Assembly: GCA_963715195.1 (NCBI GenBank)
Contig: CAVQRT010000031.1
Span: forward strand, 160,001 to 224,000
Direction: 5' to 3'
DNA from: Thermodesulfovibrionales bacterium
GTDB taxonomy: Bacteria > Nitrospirota > Thermodesulfovibrionia > Thermodesulfovibrionales > SM23-35
DNA: 64,000 nt
Within the stretch, counting starts at the first letter, position 1. Every line of letters starts with the position of its first letter. The notes beneath the pieces were generated by a model, which was given only the letters and a program-made list of their open reading frames with translations, was not told the DNA's origin and searched no databases. This document shows, one piece after another, positions 62,818-64,000 of the stretch. Both the position numbers and the translations under genes were made by a program.

Positions 62818-64000
62818 TGAACCGGCACCTCGATATATATATTGGTGCCTATTTTATCAGAGCTTGTTATCCTTATAATGCCATCCAGTAATTCAACTCG
62901 TTCCCTGATTGTGTAAAGTCCTATGCCCTGCTCTCCTTTATTGACTGAATGACTGAATCCCTTTCCATTATCATGAATTTCAAGCACCAGATAAGAACCA
63001 TCCCGGCTCAATAATGCCTCAACCTTTGCGGCACCGGAATGTTTAACTGCATTATTCAATGCTTCCTGGAATATGCGATAGAAATTCTCTTTTATCCTGA
63101 GACTGATATCTCCGATAGAACCGGCAGAAATATCTATTTCAACGCCTGATCGCTCTTTCACCTTCCTCGCATGCCATGTGATCGCTTCGATCAGATCCGT
63201 ATTTTCAAGAAAAGCAGGTCTGATATCCATCGATACTGCCCGCAATTCCTCAATGGAACTGTCTATCTCGGCTATCAACTCCGGGAATGCTTGTTTGTTT
63301 ATGGGCTTTTCTTCCTTTGCCTGTGCCTCAAGCATTTGGAGCTTCAGCTTGGTCGCAAGCAGTGATGTTCCTATTCCGTCGTGAAGCTCTCTTGCCAATC
63401 TTCTTCGCTCTTTTTCATGCGCTTCAAAAATCTTTATTGATGCCGATTGCAACTCCTTTATCCTCGTGTAGCGGGAAGTCAAGGCGTACATGACGCATAT
63501 CATGAAGAACACCGCCGCATAATCCCAGAGGAAGAATCCCGTAACATGGAGCAGGTCGATCCCGCCAAGAGATTCGAGGACAAATCCGAAAATTATACCG
63601 CTGATACCGAGCAGAATAACCCCGGATTCATAGAACGTCCTGATAAATGCTTTTCCGGCTAGAAAGATAAGGTAGACTGCGGCGATGAGGAACAGAATAT
63701 TCCACACCGTATGGAGATACATGCGAACGGTATAGGTGTGGAATACGACAGTCAACAGTGCAATACCGATAAATGACGCAATAATTATTTTCATGAATGC
63801 AGAAGGCTGCTTCTTATAAAAATGCAAAAGCAGGAGAATCATGCTCGCAGGGAAGAGGGCGGAGACAGCATTTATTGTTTGCTGCACAAATCGAGTCTTA
63901 AGACCCGTTTCATAAAAAGTGACACTGCTGAGAAAGAAAAGCGCAGCGTAGAGTGTAATGAAAAACCAGAAATAGAAGTATTCCTTATCCCTCAGGCCTT
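62814..64000 (-). CDS. Multi-TM HisKA_3 sensor kinase (7TM-DISM-like), 5'-truncated by window edge
   Basis: Frame open to window end (GLRDKEYFYFW...); ARELHDGIG, DNGKGF, GIGL. Confidence 0.88.
   Translation of the reverse strand, partial: GLRDKEYFYFWFFITLYAALFFLSSVTFYETGLKTRFVQQTINAVSALFPASMILLLLHFYKKQPSAFMKIIIASFIGIALLTVVFHTYTVRMYLHTVWNILFLIAAVYLIFLAGKAFIRTFYESGVILLGISGIIFGFVLESLGGIDLLHVTGFFLWDYAAVFFMICVMYALTSRYTRIKELQSASIKIFEAHEKERRRLARELHDGIGTSLLATKLKLQMLEAQAKEEKPINKQAFPELIAEIDSSIEELRAVSMDIRPAFLENTDLIEAITWHARKVKERSGVEIDISAGSIGDISLRIKENFYRIFQEALNNAVKHSGAAKVEALLSRDGSYLVLEIHDNGKGFSHSVNKGEQGIGLYTIRERVELLDGIIRITSSDKIGTNIYIEVPVQ

Overview
Bacterial chromosomal window. Gene content and order suggest an anaerobic Nitrospirota (Thermodesulfovibrionia-like) or Desulfobacterota-like organism; this is inference only. 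Bases 1-46.9 kb are mostly housekeeping: tig-clpP-clpX; rpmB-dciA; infB-rbfA-nrnA; dnaJ2-hspR-clpB with a HAIR-like site; truA; yggS-proC-yggT-divIVA-hisS; NodIJ-like ABC; ntrYX; hisI; ppx with 2-oxoacid oxidoreductase beta/gamma and an argA-like gene; rpsF-ssb-rpsR; hrcA-grpE-dnaK-dnaJ-rsmE with CIRCE; ETF-QO; and a nitrogen cluster (porin-amtB-glnK-amtB-glnA). About 47-58.8 kb is a visibly AT-richer accessory block. It holds a cytoplasmic multi-PAS kinase/NarL pair, a CtpA-like protease, twin XRE repressors and, divergently, a Cro-like HTH fused to a membrane anchor plus an HTH-less paralog. Repeated AAACA-N5-TGTTT palindromes sit inside both divergent promoters, giving a lambda-switch-like architecture without phage genes. 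59-64 kb holds a GntR/CBS/SLC13 operon and a second NarL-type two-component system. Two real-looking genes are missing from the ORF track: a 55-aa dual-CXXC selenoprotein with in-frame UGA and a SECIS-like hairpin (21545-21712), and a 58-aa stand-alone NifA/Fis-type HTH heading the amt operon (46613-46789). Many REP-like palindromes are scattered through intergenic regions. No rRNA, tRNA, CRISPR, integrase or transposase was recognised.
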